Positions 24,056 through 36,953 of a stretch of DNA of 64,000 nucleotides are shown piece after piece. The stretch is from Octopus bimaculoides (Eukaryota), in assembly GCF_001194135.2 (NCBI RefSeq), contig NC_068983.1, positions 7,218,351 to 7,282,350 on the forward strand, in the 5' to 3' direction. Below the pieces are notes generated by a model. It worked only from the letters and a program-made list of their open reading frames with translations, was not told where the DNA came from and ran no database searches. Both the position numbers and the translations under genes were made by a program. Within the stretch, counting starts at the first letter, position 1. Each line of letters opens with the position of its first letter.

Positions 24056-26837
24056 CTGCAGGAAGATATTGCAAAAAAACTCATTTCAAACCATGTCGAA
24101 AATAATGAAATAATAACAGAATCTTCAGCAAAATAATAAATATGTAATTTGTACCCTGATGGTTAGGNNNNNNNNNNNNNNNNNNNNNNNNNNNNNNNNN
24201 NNNNNNNNNNNNNNNNNNNNNNNNNNNNNNNNNNNNNNNNNNNNNNNNNNNNNNNNNNNNNNNNNNNNNNNNNNNNNNNNNNNNNNNNNNNNNNNNNNNN
24301 NNNNNNNNNNNNNNNNNNNNNNNNNNNNNNNNNNNNNNNNNNNNNNNNNNNNNNNNNNNNNNNNNNNNNNNNNNNNNNNNNNNNNNNNNNNNNNNNNNNN
24401 NNNNNNNNNNNNNNNNNNNNNNNNNNNNNNNNNNNNNNNNNNNNNNNNNNNNNNNNNNNNNNNNNNNNNNNNNNNNNNNNNNNNNNNNNNNNNNNNNNNN
24501 NNNNNNNNNNNNNNNNNNNNNNNNNNNNNNNNNNNNNNNNNNNNNNNNNNNNNNNNNNNNNNNNNNNNNNNNNNNNNNNNNNNNNNNNNNNNNNNNNNNN
24601 NNNNNNNNNNNNNNNNNNNNNNNNNNNNNNNNNNNNNNNNNNNNNNNNNNNNNNNNNNNNNNNNNNNNNNNNNNNNNNNNNNNNNNNNNNNNNNNNNNNN
24701 NACACCATTTGAGCGTGGCCGTTGCCAGTACCGCCTGACTGGCCTCGTGCGGGTGGCACGTAAAAGCACCCACTACACTCTCAGAGTGGTTGGCGTTAGG
24801 AAGGGCATCCAGCTGTAGAAATTCTGCCAAATCACATTGGAGCCTGGTGTCGCCTCCTGGTCCACCAGTCCTCAGTCAAATCGTCCAAACCATGCTAGCA
24901 TGGAAGGCGGACATTAAATGATGATGATGATTGTGGGAGGATTTTCAACCATGTGGTTTCTGGTTCAGCCCCACCGTGAAGCATTTTGGTGGCATCTTCT
25001 GCTGTAACTATAAACTCAAGGTGACCAATGGTGACACAAACTAAGTGGAGGCTTGTCATGCATGTTTGCATGTGTGTGTTTGTCTATGTCAATTTATATA
25101 TTTGACACTGATTAAAAAGAAACAGTGCTTAAGTCTTGTTTAACGGTGGTGTGATAAATATATAATGTTAAAATAAGTACCAGACGTAAAAGAACTTAGG
25201 TTGACAAAACCCTTTGAGGTGATGCTCCAGCATGGCCACACTTAAACAAGTGAAATAAGTAGGAGGGTAAAGAATATACATAATCCTCATCATCGTTTAA
25301 CGTCCGCTTTCCATGCTAGCATGGGTTGGACGATTTGACTGAGTACTGGTGAACCAGATGGCTGCACCAGGCTCCAGTTTGATCTGGCTGTGGATGCCCT
25401 TCCTAACGTCAGGTTTCAAATTTTGGCAGCAAGCCAGCAATTTTGGGGGAGGGGATAAGTCGATTACATTAACCCCAGTACTCAACTGGTACTTATTTAA
25501 TCGACCCCCAAGAGGACGAAAGGCAAAGTCAACCTCAGCAGAATTTGAACTCAGGACACAGGGACAGATGAAATGCTGCTAAGCATTTTGCCTGGCCTGC
25601 TAATGATTCTGTCGGCTCATTGTCTTACAGAAGATAGATATTGAGAACTAAACACCAGTGGTGATCTACATCAACAAACATCATTTAGTGAAGTTGATAG
25701 ATTGGTCGAAGTCTGTAAACTGTGAGGAGATAAAAACACTGATGTTTTGAGCAAAGCTTCTCTCTTATACATCATGAGCAAGAGCTTATGTCTTATATAG
25801 TTAGATATCTATCACTTGCAACTAAAAATGGTGCTGATGATGCAGCTATATTCAAGTAGCAACACTGAGTAATATATCTAGTTCAGGAACCACAAAACAA
25901 TGTCAGCAGACAGGTGTGAATTTATGACTTTCTGGTCTGTTAGCCTTGATATAGAAAAATTTACAATAGAAAAATATACAAAAATTGTTTATTGCTGAAG
26001 AATTTCTATTGTGAAATTTTATTCAACTTGGTGAAAGATTCTTTATGATATAGAATAAAAAAAAGTAGAATGGTTGAGAGCTTAAGGCTCTAAACTGCTG
26101 ACCACATGAACATAAGATGAAGTCTCACTGCTTATATGGCGTTATACTCCTGAGCAAGGTACCTAACTCTGTTATGCTCTAAATTTCCAAGACTATACCA
26201 GAAAACTTCACATTTGAATAGAGGGCACATCCAACAAAACATAGAAGCAAAGATAAGAAATCCTCGTCATTTTAATGTCCTCTTTTTCAAGTTTGCATGG
26301 GTGAGGCAGACATTTTCTACGGCTGGATGCCCATCCTGTCACCAACCCTGAGCTGTTTCCAAACAAGGCAATATTTCTCCATCGCCAGACAGTAAAACTC
26401 ATTTAATAATTATCACACAATGTAAAGACAAGGATGTGCAACAGGCCTCACAAGGCCTTGATCAGCCTGGGACCAAGATGACAAATAGTGGGACGGAACC
26501 TATAACCATACAGCTGTACCTACACCGAAAAAACAGCATACAGGCTTGTTCAAGACAAAAAAAAGGGGGGGAAATGATAGCCAAAAATGTCTATATAGAA
26601 TAGCCAAATTCACAGGCAAGTTTCAAATGGGATCACATGTTTAAACTGTCTAAGAAAGCATAAGAGAACCATGAAATGACCACGAGAAATGTCACCGAAA
26701 TGATTCAGACAGTTCACTACTTCTGTGTCGTAGCTCTGCTCAAATGAAGTTGACCAGGGTTATACAACAAGAAGTATCCTATTATCTTAAATATCAAATC
26801 CTACTTGTCATTACATTTCTATTTTTCAAGTTCTTAC

Positions 26838-26954
26838 TTTATTTGGCATCAACTTGCGAAGTTTCTCTTTGTTCTCCTTCGATTTCTGTATAGCTAACAC
26901 AACGGCTACGGTATCTAATTCTTTTTGAGAAGCTTTCATATGGTCAAGACATAT
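26838..26954 (-). CDS. NISCH: Nischarin exon, coiled-coil segment after LRRs
   Basis: tttcag|ICLDHMKASQKELDTVAVVLAIQKSKENKEKLRKLMPNK|gtaaga, 117 nt, phase 0-0. Matches KELDTVEVLKAIQKAKE. Confidence 0.95.
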
Positions 26955-27210
26955 CTGAAAAGAAAAACACATATAAATACACATATATAGATATAAAGAC
27001 TGACAGAGAAACAAAATTCACCCAGATTGGATAAATAAAGAAGAATAAAGAGAGAAGAGTGAAGGGGGTGACAAAGAGAATGATAGACAGGTAAGTAGAT
27101 AAGTACACAGGTAGAAAGATAGGTAAATAGTTAAGTGGCTAGATAGACAGACAGACATACAGCTTAGACTGAAGGATGAGGAAAATAAAGCATCCAATGT
27201 TTTCACTTAC

Positions 27211-27339
27211 TTCATTAGCTCGCTCTAAAAACATGGCAAGTACTTTAGTCCTGTAGTCAAGTACAATGGTAACAGAATTGGCAACCATTGACAACTTCTC
27301 CATACAAGGTAAGCCACTGACATGCTTCACTTCATTGAT
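27211..27339 (-). CDS. NISCH: Nischarin exon, LRR cap
   Basis: tgtcag|INEVKHVSGLPCMEKLSMVANSVTIVLDYRTKVLAMFLERANE|gtaagt, 129 nt, phase 0-0. Contains the DYRTKVLA LRR-cap motif. Confidence 0.95.
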
Positions 27340-28243
27340 CTGACAAAATACAGAAGATGTTATATATAGAATGGTATGGTATTAATATCACAGCACGGTA
27401 TAGCAACAACGACATAGTATTGTGATGGTATCCTGGGCTTGACTTAAACTGCATCTGATGGTTGGGCCCAAGTTTGGGAGTTCCAAGAATTTGAGAAGTG
27501 TAAAAACCACCTCTTAGCCACCATTGCTCCCAGATAACCTCTGACTCAGAGTAGTAGCATCTGTCAGGGTCCTGGATGTGGGTTAATTAGCATATTATGG
27601 AAAAAAAACTCCAAGCACAAACCCTTACTGCCTTATCAATGCTTTGGTAAAGGAATGGGCTAGGTGAGCCAACCTTTGGCAAACATTTTATATGCTATTA
27701 TTTGACAGCATTATCTACTTCAGTTCCACTATTCAGTTCTACATACCTCTTTACGAAAAGTAAAATAATCTTATAATGTAAACAATGTACAATTCTTGCT
27801 GGTATGAACAAAGCTTCTAAAACAGATAAAGAAAAATTCAAAGAGTTGTTTTGGTCCAATGGTAGCACATCTGTCATGTCCACAGTAGACATGGGTTTCA
27901 GTCCCATGGGCAGCCTTGAACGTTTTTTTCTATTGAAGAGGATTTTTAACCCAATATTTCACATGCTCTTATTTGTAGCTTTATCTAAGGCATTGAGCTG
28001 GTAGAATTGTTAGCACATGAGGCAAAATTCTAAGCACCATTTCACCCATACGTTCTGAGTTCAAAATCTGCAGAGGTTGACTTTGTCTTTCATCCTTTCA
28101 GGGCACCAGTTGAGTACAGGGGCTCAGTGTAATTAACTTACTCGGTTTCCTGAAATTGCTGGCCTTGTACCAAAATTTGAAACCATTCGAGTTCCACTGT
28201 GAAAATGATTTACATTATCTTGAATTTTATCACTCAATTCTTT

Positions 28244-28627
28244 ACTCTTTTACTTGTTTCAGTCTTTTGACTGCGGCCATGCTGGCGCACCGCCTTTAGT
28301 CGAGCAGATCGACCCCGGGACTTATTCTTTGTAAGCCTAGTACTTATTCTATCGGTGTTTCTTTGTGCCGAACCGCTAAGTTACAGGGACGTAAACACAC
28401 CAGCATCGGTTGTCAAGCGATGTTGGGGGACAAACACAAACACANNNNNNNNNNATACATATATACGACAGGCTTCTTTCAGTTTCCGTCTACCAAATCC
28501 ACTCACAAGGCTTTGGTCGGCCCGAGGCTATAGTGAAGGACACTTGCCCAAGATGTCACACAGTGAGACTGAACCCAGAACCATGTGATTGAGAAGCAAG
28601 CTACTTACCACACAGCCACTCCTACGC
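28244..28627 (-). mobile_element. Family-C SINE
   Basis: Collinear with 42197-42588. Confidence 0.85.
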
Positions 28628-28819
28628 CTTATAGAAAATACTTTGTTTAAACTGTTAATTAATGTTCAAAACCAACCAGTAATACACTGGGAATAAATTC
28701 AATCAGTTACAAGCACCACACTCTAACCACTACAACAACAACAACAAAAGGGGAAAAGAAAATAGACTGAGGAAGTTAAAAAAAACAAAGAATAACACAA
28801 GATAAATGATTGTACTTAC

Positions 28820-28878
28820 GTCTGAAATATCATTGTTACTGATATCCAAATTAACAAGTGAAAATAACTTTGATAAAC
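28820..28878 (-). CDS. NISCH: Nischarin exon, LRR
   Basis: tttaaag|(C)LSKLFSLVNLDISNNDISD|gtaagt, 59 nt, phase 1-0. Confidence 0.93.
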
Positions 28879-29998
28879 CTTTAAAGAAAATCAAGAGAAA
28901 TAAGATATGTAAGAGATTGTTTTGTGAAAATGACACTGCAATAGCTGTCAGTATTAACTCTTTAGCATTCAGATTACTCTATCAAATGTAAAATGCTTAT
29001 CTATTCACATTGTTTTGAATGAATTATACATTATCTCACAGCTTGGAAATTTTAATGGTGTGATTGGTTATTTTTGGAATGACAATTGTAGGATAGGTGT
29101 GAGAGGCTGGGTATGGCCCAGTTTAAACGCAAATGGGTTAAACAATATAATATAGAAAATTTTAGAGGCTGTTGTGAAACTCTGCTTTATGTAACATTGA
29201 TCCAGCAGACCCATGATTCATGACTATTCAGTAATTTTTTTTTTCTTTTAATTATAGAGTTTCATCATCATCCTCTTCATTTAATGTTCACTTTTCCATG
29301 CTTGCATGGGTCGCACAGAATTTGTTGAGGCAGATTTTCTTTGTCCAGGTGCCCTTCCTGTCACCAATCTGCACCTGTTTCCAAGCATGGTAATTTCCCC
29401 ATGGCCACATATTTTCCATGACAGATTGGAAATGAACAACAACACTCATGTGACAATGCTGCTTCTTTGCAAGCGCTACATGATGTCAAGTCAAGGGTAC
29501 ACCAACACACACATACACACAAACATATATATACATATATACGACGGGCTTCTTTCAGTTTCCATCTGCCAAATCTACTCACAAGGCTTTGGTTGGCTCA
29601 AGGCTATGGTAAAAAGACACTTGCCCAAAGTGCCCCACGCAGTGGGACTGAACCTGAAACCACATAGTTCAAAGGCAAGGTTCTTAACCACACAACCATG
29701 CAAGTATATATTTATTCTTTCACTAATTTCAGTCATTAATTGGACTGTGTCATGTTAGGGTGCAACTTCGAAGGACTTAGTCAATGAAATCAACCCCAGC
29801 ACTTATTCTCAGTCTCTCTTTGCTGAACCAATAAGATGTGGGGACATAAACAAACCAACACAAGTTGTCAAGTGTTTGGGAGGCAAATTTCCTACCTACA
29901 AAGCCATGCCTGTACCTATGTATGTCTATTAAACAATTGTAAAAACTAACAAATATTTAAAACATTCGCAATTAACTGATATTTAAAATGAAACTTAC

Positions 29999-30194
29999 AT
30001 TGCAGGTGTTTAATTCTGTTTCCTGCCAGGTTGAGTGTCTTCAGATTACCGAGTTTTGTATGGAGAGAATCAAGGTGATCAATGTTGTTGTGTGATAGAT
30101 TTAAACTAGTTAATTGACTTAACCACTGCAAGTTCTGGATTGTATCAATGAAGTTGTGACTTAGGTCCAAGTGTTCAACTTGTGGAAGTAATTG
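29999..30194 (-). CDS. NISCH: Nischarin exon, LRRs
   Basis: ccacag|QLLPQVEHLDLSHNFIDTIQNLQWLSQLTSLNLSHNNIDHLDSLHTKLGNLKTLNLAGNRIKHLQ+T|gtaagt, 196 nt, phase 0-1. LxxLxLxxN repeats; LHTKLGNxKTLNLAGN is characteristic of nischarin. Confidence 0.96.
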
Positions 30195-30499
30195 CTGTGG
30201 GTAAAGAACACAGAGAATGGGCAAACAAGGAACAATAGGGAGAAAGAGAGTCAGATACACAGACAGTCGGTCAGAAAGATAGTCAGATCGACAAAGAGAT
30301 AGATATAGACAGATAGGGTGGGAAAGATAGAGAAAAAGACATACAGACAGGCAGGTCAACAGACAGAGAGGAAGATAAAGAGAAAAACAGACAGTCAAGC
30401 AGCTAACTGTAGAGACTGCAAGCCAGCCAAACAGAAAGACAGTTAGCAGGACTGTTAAAGACATAACTAAACAGATTAAGGTGATTGATTGATTAATAA

Positions 30500-30890
30500 G
30501 TGGAGGTGCAATGGCCCAGTGGTTAGGGCAGTGGACTCACGGTCGTAGGATCGCAGTTTTGATTCCCAGACCGGACGTTATGAGTGTTTATTGAGTGAAA
30601 ACACCTAAAGCTCCATGAGGCTCCGGCAGGGGATGGTGGCGAACCCTGCTGTACTCTTTCACCACAACTTTCTCTCACTCTTTCTTCTTGTTTCTGTTGT
30701 GCTTGCAATTCAAAGGGCCAGCTTTGTCACACACTCTGTGTCACGCTGAATATCCCCAAGAACTACGTTAAGGGTACACGTATCTGTGGAGTGCTCAGCC
30801 ACTTGTACGTTAATTTCACGAGCAGGCTGTTCCGTTGATCAGATCAACAGGAACCCTCGACGTCGTAAGCGACGGAGTGCCAACAACAAA
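30500..30890 (+). mobile_element. tRNA-derived SINE (family A)
   Basis: Head ggaggtgcaatggcccagtggttagggc...gttttgattccc. 3' hairpins gttgatc/gatcaac and cgtcg/cgacg, (AAC) tail. Second copy at 56178-56612. Confidence 0.85.
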
Positions 30891-30988
30891 GTAATTAATA
30901 AGGAGATATGTAGACACACCAATCAATCAATCAATCAATCCATAAATGAACACAGATACATCGATCAAACATAATAAACTTTACTTAC

Positions 30989-31114
30989 TACACTCTCATC
31001 TATACATTTTATTGAATTGTGACTAAAATCTGCTTCTATTATATGATTCCAAAATTCTACAATTAAGGTGCCATCTTCATCTCGCCAGTGGGAGTATTCT
31101 TGTAATAGTAAATC
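30989..31114 (-). CDS. NISCH: Nischarin exon, LRR
   Basis: tcacag|DLLLQEYSHWRDEDGTLIVEFWNHIIEADFSHNSIKCIDESV|gtaagt, 126 nt, phase 0-0. Matches DLSHNSISEIDESV. Confidence 0.93.
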
Positions 31115-32124
31115 CTGTGAAAAGACAACAACCAAAGACAGAAGTGGATAAAAAGAGGGTGAACGTATTATAGAATGGAAGAAATGTGTACGAAAGGAGG
31201 CAGATGGACGTGAAGGTTTTCTTATTGTTGACCCTTACTGAGTGAGGACTGTGTATACTCAGCCCTTTGCATGTGCACTGGAGACATGGGAACAGAGTTA
31301 ACTTGTTTTTAATGGTGGGGAGTACTTTCCAGAATCTTCTACATTTCATATCTTTAATCTTTTATTTGTTTCAGTCGTTACGTTGTGGCCATGCTGGGGC
31401 ACCACCCCCTTGAAGAATTTTAGTTAGACAAATCGACCCCGGTAATTATATTTATTTTTAAAATCTGGTACTTATTCTATCAGTCTTTTTTTGCCGAACT
31501 ATTAAGTTACAGGGAAGTAAACACACAAACACCGGTTGTCAATCAGTGGTGGTGAAGCAAACACAAGCACAAGAATCTTTCGGCTACCATCTATGAACTC
31601 CATTCACAAAGCTTTGGTCAGCCCCAGAAGACACTTGCCCAAGGTGCCACACAGTGGGACTAAACCTGGAACCATGTGGTTGGAAACAAACGTTTTATCT
31701 TTACTGGCCAATAGAAAACAGCTGCAAGAACTGATTTGCATATGATTAGCATGTTACATAAATAATAATCTTATCAACACAGTGAGATTTAATGTGATGT
31801 TTCAGTTTAGGATAGTCATTTGGGGAAGAGCTAAGGAGGGTGTCTTAGTTAACAGTGAAAAAGCACAGGGAAAAGAACAATACTGAAAAAGGATGAGAAA
31901 TAAAAAGAACTTTGTCTACCAAATCCACTCACAAGGCTTTGGTCAGCCTGAGGCTATAGTCAAAAATACTTGCCAAAGGTGCCATGCAGTGGGACTGAAT
32001 CCAAAACTACATGATTGGGAAGCAAGCTTCTTAACCATACAGTAAACAGTATCAGCCACACCAACAATAGGTTGTGTTAGCAAGGGGAAGAGTGTATAGT
32101 GTTAACTAAAATGTGTGGTGTTGG

Positions 32125-32369
32125 CTGGAGCAAGAGAGTGAGTGATCTTAGCTGGAGCATGAGTGTGGTTGAGCTTAGCTGGAACATGAGTGTGGGTGAT
32201 CTTAGCTGGAACATGAGTGCGAGTGATCTTAGCTGGAACATGAGTGTGAGTGATCTTAGCTGGAACATGAGTGTGAGCGATCTTAGCTGGAACATGAGTG
32301 TGAGCGATCTTAGCTGGAACATGAGTGTGAGCGATCTTAGCTGGAACATGAGTGCGAGTGATCTTAGCT
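32125..32369. repeat. Intronic minisatellite, about 8 x 27 nt
   Basis: Unit gagtgtgagtgatcttagctggaacat, near-identical copies. Confidence 0.9.
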
Positions 32370-32506
32370 AATGGCAACAGTAAATAGTATTAGCAAAAAC
32401 ATCAATAAGTAATGTAAACTTGGCAAGCGGTAGAGTAACTGTAAAAGAGACTTGTGCATTGTAATCTAGCCATGAGGTAACAGGTTGAATGTGAAAAATT
32501 TTTTAC

Positions 32507-32602
32507 CTTAATTTCTTTCATGGAATGGTGGGCTTCAATTCTTTGTAAGGTCTGTTTAATTGTTTCAAATCCAGTGATGAGCAGCGAGTTGCAATTTAAA
32601 AT
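32507..32602 (-). CDS. NISCH: Nischarin exon, start of LRR region
   Basis: tttcag|ILNCNSLLITGFETIKQTLQRIEAHHSMKEIK|gtaaaa, 96 nt, phase 0-0. Confidence 0.9.
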
Positions 32603-33328
32603 CTGAAAAATTACAAAATAGTTACAGTCATGTAACAAATATGAAACTGAATTAGAGAGACACTCACTATGTTTTACTTGTTTCAGTCATTGGACTGCAA
32701 TTATGCCAGGGCTTGCTTTGAAGGGTTTTGGTCAAGCAAACTGCTCCAGTCTGGTACTTACTCTATCAGTTTCTTTTGTTGAACTGTTAAGTTACAAAAA
32801 TGTAAACAAACCAAAACAGACCGTCAAGCAGTGGATGGAAACAAACACAGATATTTATAGACAAAGAACTTCCACACAGTTTTTGTCTACCAACTTTACT
32901 CACAAAGCATTGACCATGGTGTGGTGCAGTGGGACTGAACCTGAAACCATGTGATTGCAAAGCAACCTTCCTAACCACACAGCCATGCTTGTAGAATATT
33001 TCTATTTCAAGGTCATAACATTGGGTCAGACTTTAGAAAAGTCTGGCTTTGTGGCTGGTGAAGAAATGTTTAACCTCAGGTTAGCCCTATACCAGTACAT
33101 CTATTACCAAAGGTGTTCCCACCATGACCAATCCTATTATTTTTAGCCAGGAATTGTTAGCTTAGAACTAAGTTGTCCAAAATGTTTGTTTGTTTTTTTT
33201 TTTTTCTTTAAGATAAGATTTAATTTGAGAGAGATTTGGGTAGTATTTCCACCAAGTCGAGCAACCATGTAAAGTCTATTTTCTAGACTCATCAGCAAAG
33301 AGCTGATGCAAGCAGAAATACAGTTTAA

Positions 33329-33795
33329 AAGCAGCGAGCCGGCAGAGTGGTTAGCACACCGGGCGAAATGCTTGGCGGTATTTCGTCTGTCGTTACGTTC
33401 TGAGTTCTAATTCCGCCAAGGTCAATTTTGCCTTTTATCCTTTCGGGGTCGATAAATTAAGTACCAGTTGCGTACTGGGGTCGATCTAATCAACTGGGCC
33501 TCTCCCCCAAAATTTTGGTCCTTGTGCCTAGAGTAGAAAGGAATAATTATGACTTGTAAGGCGGCGAGTTGGCAGAAACATTAGCACACCGGGCGAAATG
33601 CTTAGCGGTATTTCGTCTGCCATTATGTTCTGAGTTCAAATTCCACTGAGGTCGACTTTGCATTTCATCCGTTCGGGGTCGATAAATAAAGTACCAGTTA
33701 TGCACTGAGGTCGATCTAATTGACTTAATCCCTTTGTCTGTCCTTGTTTGTACCTCCTATGTTTAGCCCCTTGTGGGCAATAAAGAAATAAGAAA
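33329..33795 (+). mobile_element. Two tandem family-B SINEs with different 3' tails
   Basis: Copies start at about 33329 and 33558 with shared head and centre and unrelated tails. Confidence 0.85.
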
Positions 33796-33983
33796 TGCAG
33801 TTTAAAATTGAGCAAAGAATAAAACACATTAAACCTAAAATTCATAAAGTTAGACATGGCCCAAACTAGAATATCTACAGATAATTTTGATCTGTCTCTA
33901 TTATTTAAAAACACTAAAATGAAACCCAGAACAGACTTACATACAGTCTAAATAATGAATAGATTTTCTTATAGTAAACTTAC

Positions 33984-34079
33984 CTCCAAAGTTTGTAAAG
34001 ATTTGAATAGAGTCAAATCAAAACGCAACTCATTCATATCAATATTACTGCTGCCAACTGGATCACGGCTACCACAGAT
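33984..34079 (-). CDS. NISCH: Nischarin exon
   Basis: cattag|ICGSRDPVGSSNIDMNELRFDLTLFKSLQTLE|gtaagt, 96 nt, phase 0-0. Confidence 0.94.
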
Positions 34080-35119
34080 CTAATGCAGCAAAATAAAAGA
34101 TATGAAGAAATATATTTTATTACTCATTCATACGGACTGCAAAATAAAATTTTATGAAACAAGATCTAACAAATACATTAATTTGTAACTGAGACAAATT
34201 CCTAATAATTAAAAATTAAAAAATGCTTCAAAAGAAAAAGAAAAGACATTGTTCCATGATTGAAAATACTGATCATAAAACTCTAGATAACGAACTCAAT
34301 GATATTAAGGTCAATTCCAGTGTTTTTAGATAAGAAATTATCAAAGGATTTATTGAAACAGCTAATTAACCAAACAAATTCCTGATGAGATAATCAAATT
34401 ACCTCAACAAACAGATTCGTCATTATTTATCATCATAATTTTATTTATGAAGGTTAATATTAATTGGAGGAGGTAACAACACTCTTGACCTTTAGGTCTC
34501 ATAGATAATTGATATTAAACTGTGACTTCAATTGATCAACCACTAAGAAGAAAATGAAGTGGTGAGCTTTGCAAGGTGCTGTGGCTTTTTGGAGAAATAA
34601 GAAGCCCAATAAAATTAAATATTTTGCCAGGACAGTCACAATGCTTCTCTGTCCTCACACTAAAACAAAAATCAATATAATTCCGAAATATAAATTAAGA
34701 AGAGGTTCTTTAAACACACATGCAAAAAAAAGCCCATACAATTATGAGCTGGGTGACTGACCAGATGGTCATAAGTTCAAAACTTGCACTGACTATTGTA
34801 TTGTGTTTAAATGTAAGGCAGCTTATTTTTAGCTGAATGCATGAAACTGACAACTAGGTGCTGCTCCCACTCTGTAATTAGTGCTACTGGTCAAGTTTTA
34901 GAAATTGACTGAGTTCCAGGTGTAAAAATATCAAGTTCCAACAATTTATACTCAAATTAATAAAAACCTGTTCTACCCACAATAGTGTTTTGTATTCCTG
35001 TTTTCAAACAGTGTATTGTATGAGGATGTTAATACAAAACCTAAGGGTGAATTAGAGAGAGAGAAAGAGAGAGAGAAAGAGTGAGAGAAAGAGTGAGAGA
35101 GAAAAAGAGAGAGAGATAC

Positions 35120-35187
35120 CTTTAGATGTTTTAATCTTGTGATGAAGTCAAGTATGTGTCCGATATCTTTTTTAACATCACCACTAT
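35120..35187 (-). CDS. NISCH: Nischarin exon
   Basis: ttccag|(D)SGDVKKDIGHILDFITRLKHLK|gtatct, 68 nt, phase 1-0. Matches [22 protein letters not shown]. Confidence 0.94.
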
Positions 35188-35199
35188 CTGGAATAATAA

Positions 35200-35515
35200 T
35201 AAATGATGATAACAGTAATGAGATTATTGTATACAGTGCTCAGGTGCACTACGACTTGTCAAAAGTGCACAGAAAGCATATGCAGTAATGTACAAATGCC
35301 TGGAAAGTGAACAGTGTATGAGTCATATACATGCTTGCGTGTGTATGGAGGGGAGAACAATCAGGTGTAGTGTTGGTGAATCTCAGGAATCATGGAAGTT
35401 TTGAAGGATGCAGTGCTCTGACAACTGACAACTGATGCTGGCAGTTTGTTCCATGCTTCAGCAACTCTTAGCGTGAAAAAGTGTTTCCGAATGTCATGGG
35501 AGCTGTGCTGTTTTC
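35200..35515 (-). mobile_element. CR1/L2-clade LINE 3' end
   Basis: DIRKHFFTLRVAEAWNKLPASVVSCQSTASFK fits the CR1/L2 ORF2 C-terminal motif (FFS.RVV..WN.LP..VV...S...FK). It is followed by a 3' UTR and a simple-repeat tail. Confidence 0.8.
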
Positions 35516-35612
35516 TAATAATAATAATAATAATAGTATGAATTAAATCATTTATTTCGTATGCGTATTTCATGTGCAAGATTCTTGATGTGGTTACGTG
35601 TGTTGAAAGAAA

Positions 35613-35811
35613 TACAATTTAACCTTGGGAGAGGCATTATGCCGGTAATAAACACACGCACTGGTTCAGTCCTTTATTAAGAGACAAGTTACTGAAGAGA
35701 TTGCAAGAGTGCAATGAAATAATTTAACAAAAAACTATATAAATTAATAAAGGACTGAACCAGTGCATGTGTTTATTACCGGCATAATGCCTCTCCCAAG
35801 GTTTAATTGTA
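35613..35811. mobile_element. 68-bp inverted repeat element with hammerhead-like spacer (foldback or MITE-like)
   Basis: Arms 35613-35680 and 35744-35811 differ at 2 positions. The spacer contains GTTA-CTGAAGA-g-ATTGCA(agag)TGCAAT-GAAA-taatt-TAAC. Confidence 0.55.
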
Positions 35812-36903
35812 AATCATTTATGTCAGTTACCAAGAGACTGAATAGTAACTATAGAGTGTTGCCTATTATTTCCTTGTCTTGGACGTGCTGTTGACACAAC
35901 GTTTCAATTGAAGAGACAATAAATTAACCGAAACACTGCACTAATAATACTTGATAGAATAGGCAACCACTATAAACTCACTTCAGAAATGAATATATGT
36001 AGTGAATAGGTATAGGCATGCCAACATAGGGGTGGCCACGTAGAGACAGGCATTGCTTTGTAGACACAGGTATGGCTGTACTGTGTCGACAGGCATAATT
36101 GTACAGACACAAGCATGGCTGTATAGACACATGGATGTGTGATTAACATAGCCAGCTTTGTAGGCCCCCAAATGGGTTTCTTTGGACTTTGGGTATTACT
36201 CTTAATAAAACAGGCCTACTAAGCACTGCCTAGAAGAGCCTAGTAAATTTCAGAGTACTCACAATAAACAGCAACACTATGCACTGCATATATAGAGTAC
36301 TCTCAACATGTCTTATTGAAAAAAAAATTCACCACAATGCACAGAATTGAGTACAGGTGAGCAGTGAAATCACTTAATGAAATTAAATCTGCTGAAATAA
36401 TAATAATAATANNNNNNNNNNNNNNNNNNNNNNNNNNNNNNNNNNNNNNNNNNNNNNNNNNNNNNNNNNNNNNNNNNNNNNNNNNNNNNNNNNNNNNNNN
36501 NNNNNNNNNNNNNNNNNNNNNNNNNNNNNNNNNNNNNNNNNNNNNNNNNNNNNNNNNNNNNNNNNNNNNNNNNNNNNNNNNNNNNNNNNNNNNNNNNNNN
36601 NNNNNNNNNNNNNNNNNNNNNNNNNNNNNNNNNNNNNNNNNNNNNNNNNNNNNNNNNNNNNNNNNNNNNNNNNNNNNNNNNNNNNNNNNNNNNNNNNNNN
36701 NNNNNNNNNNNNNNNNNNNNNNNNNNNNNNNNNNNNNNNNNNNNNNNNNNNNNNNNNNNNNNNNNNNNNNNNNNNNNNNNNNNNNNNNNNNNNNNNNNNN
36801 NNNNNNNNNNNNNNNNNNNNNNNNNNNNNNNNNNNNNNNNNNNNNNNNNNNNNNNNNNNNNNNNNNNNNNNNNNNNNNNNNNNNNNNNNNNNNNNNNNNN
36901 NNN

Positions 36904-36944
<41 letters not shown>

Positions 36945-36953
36945 ATCTTTAAA

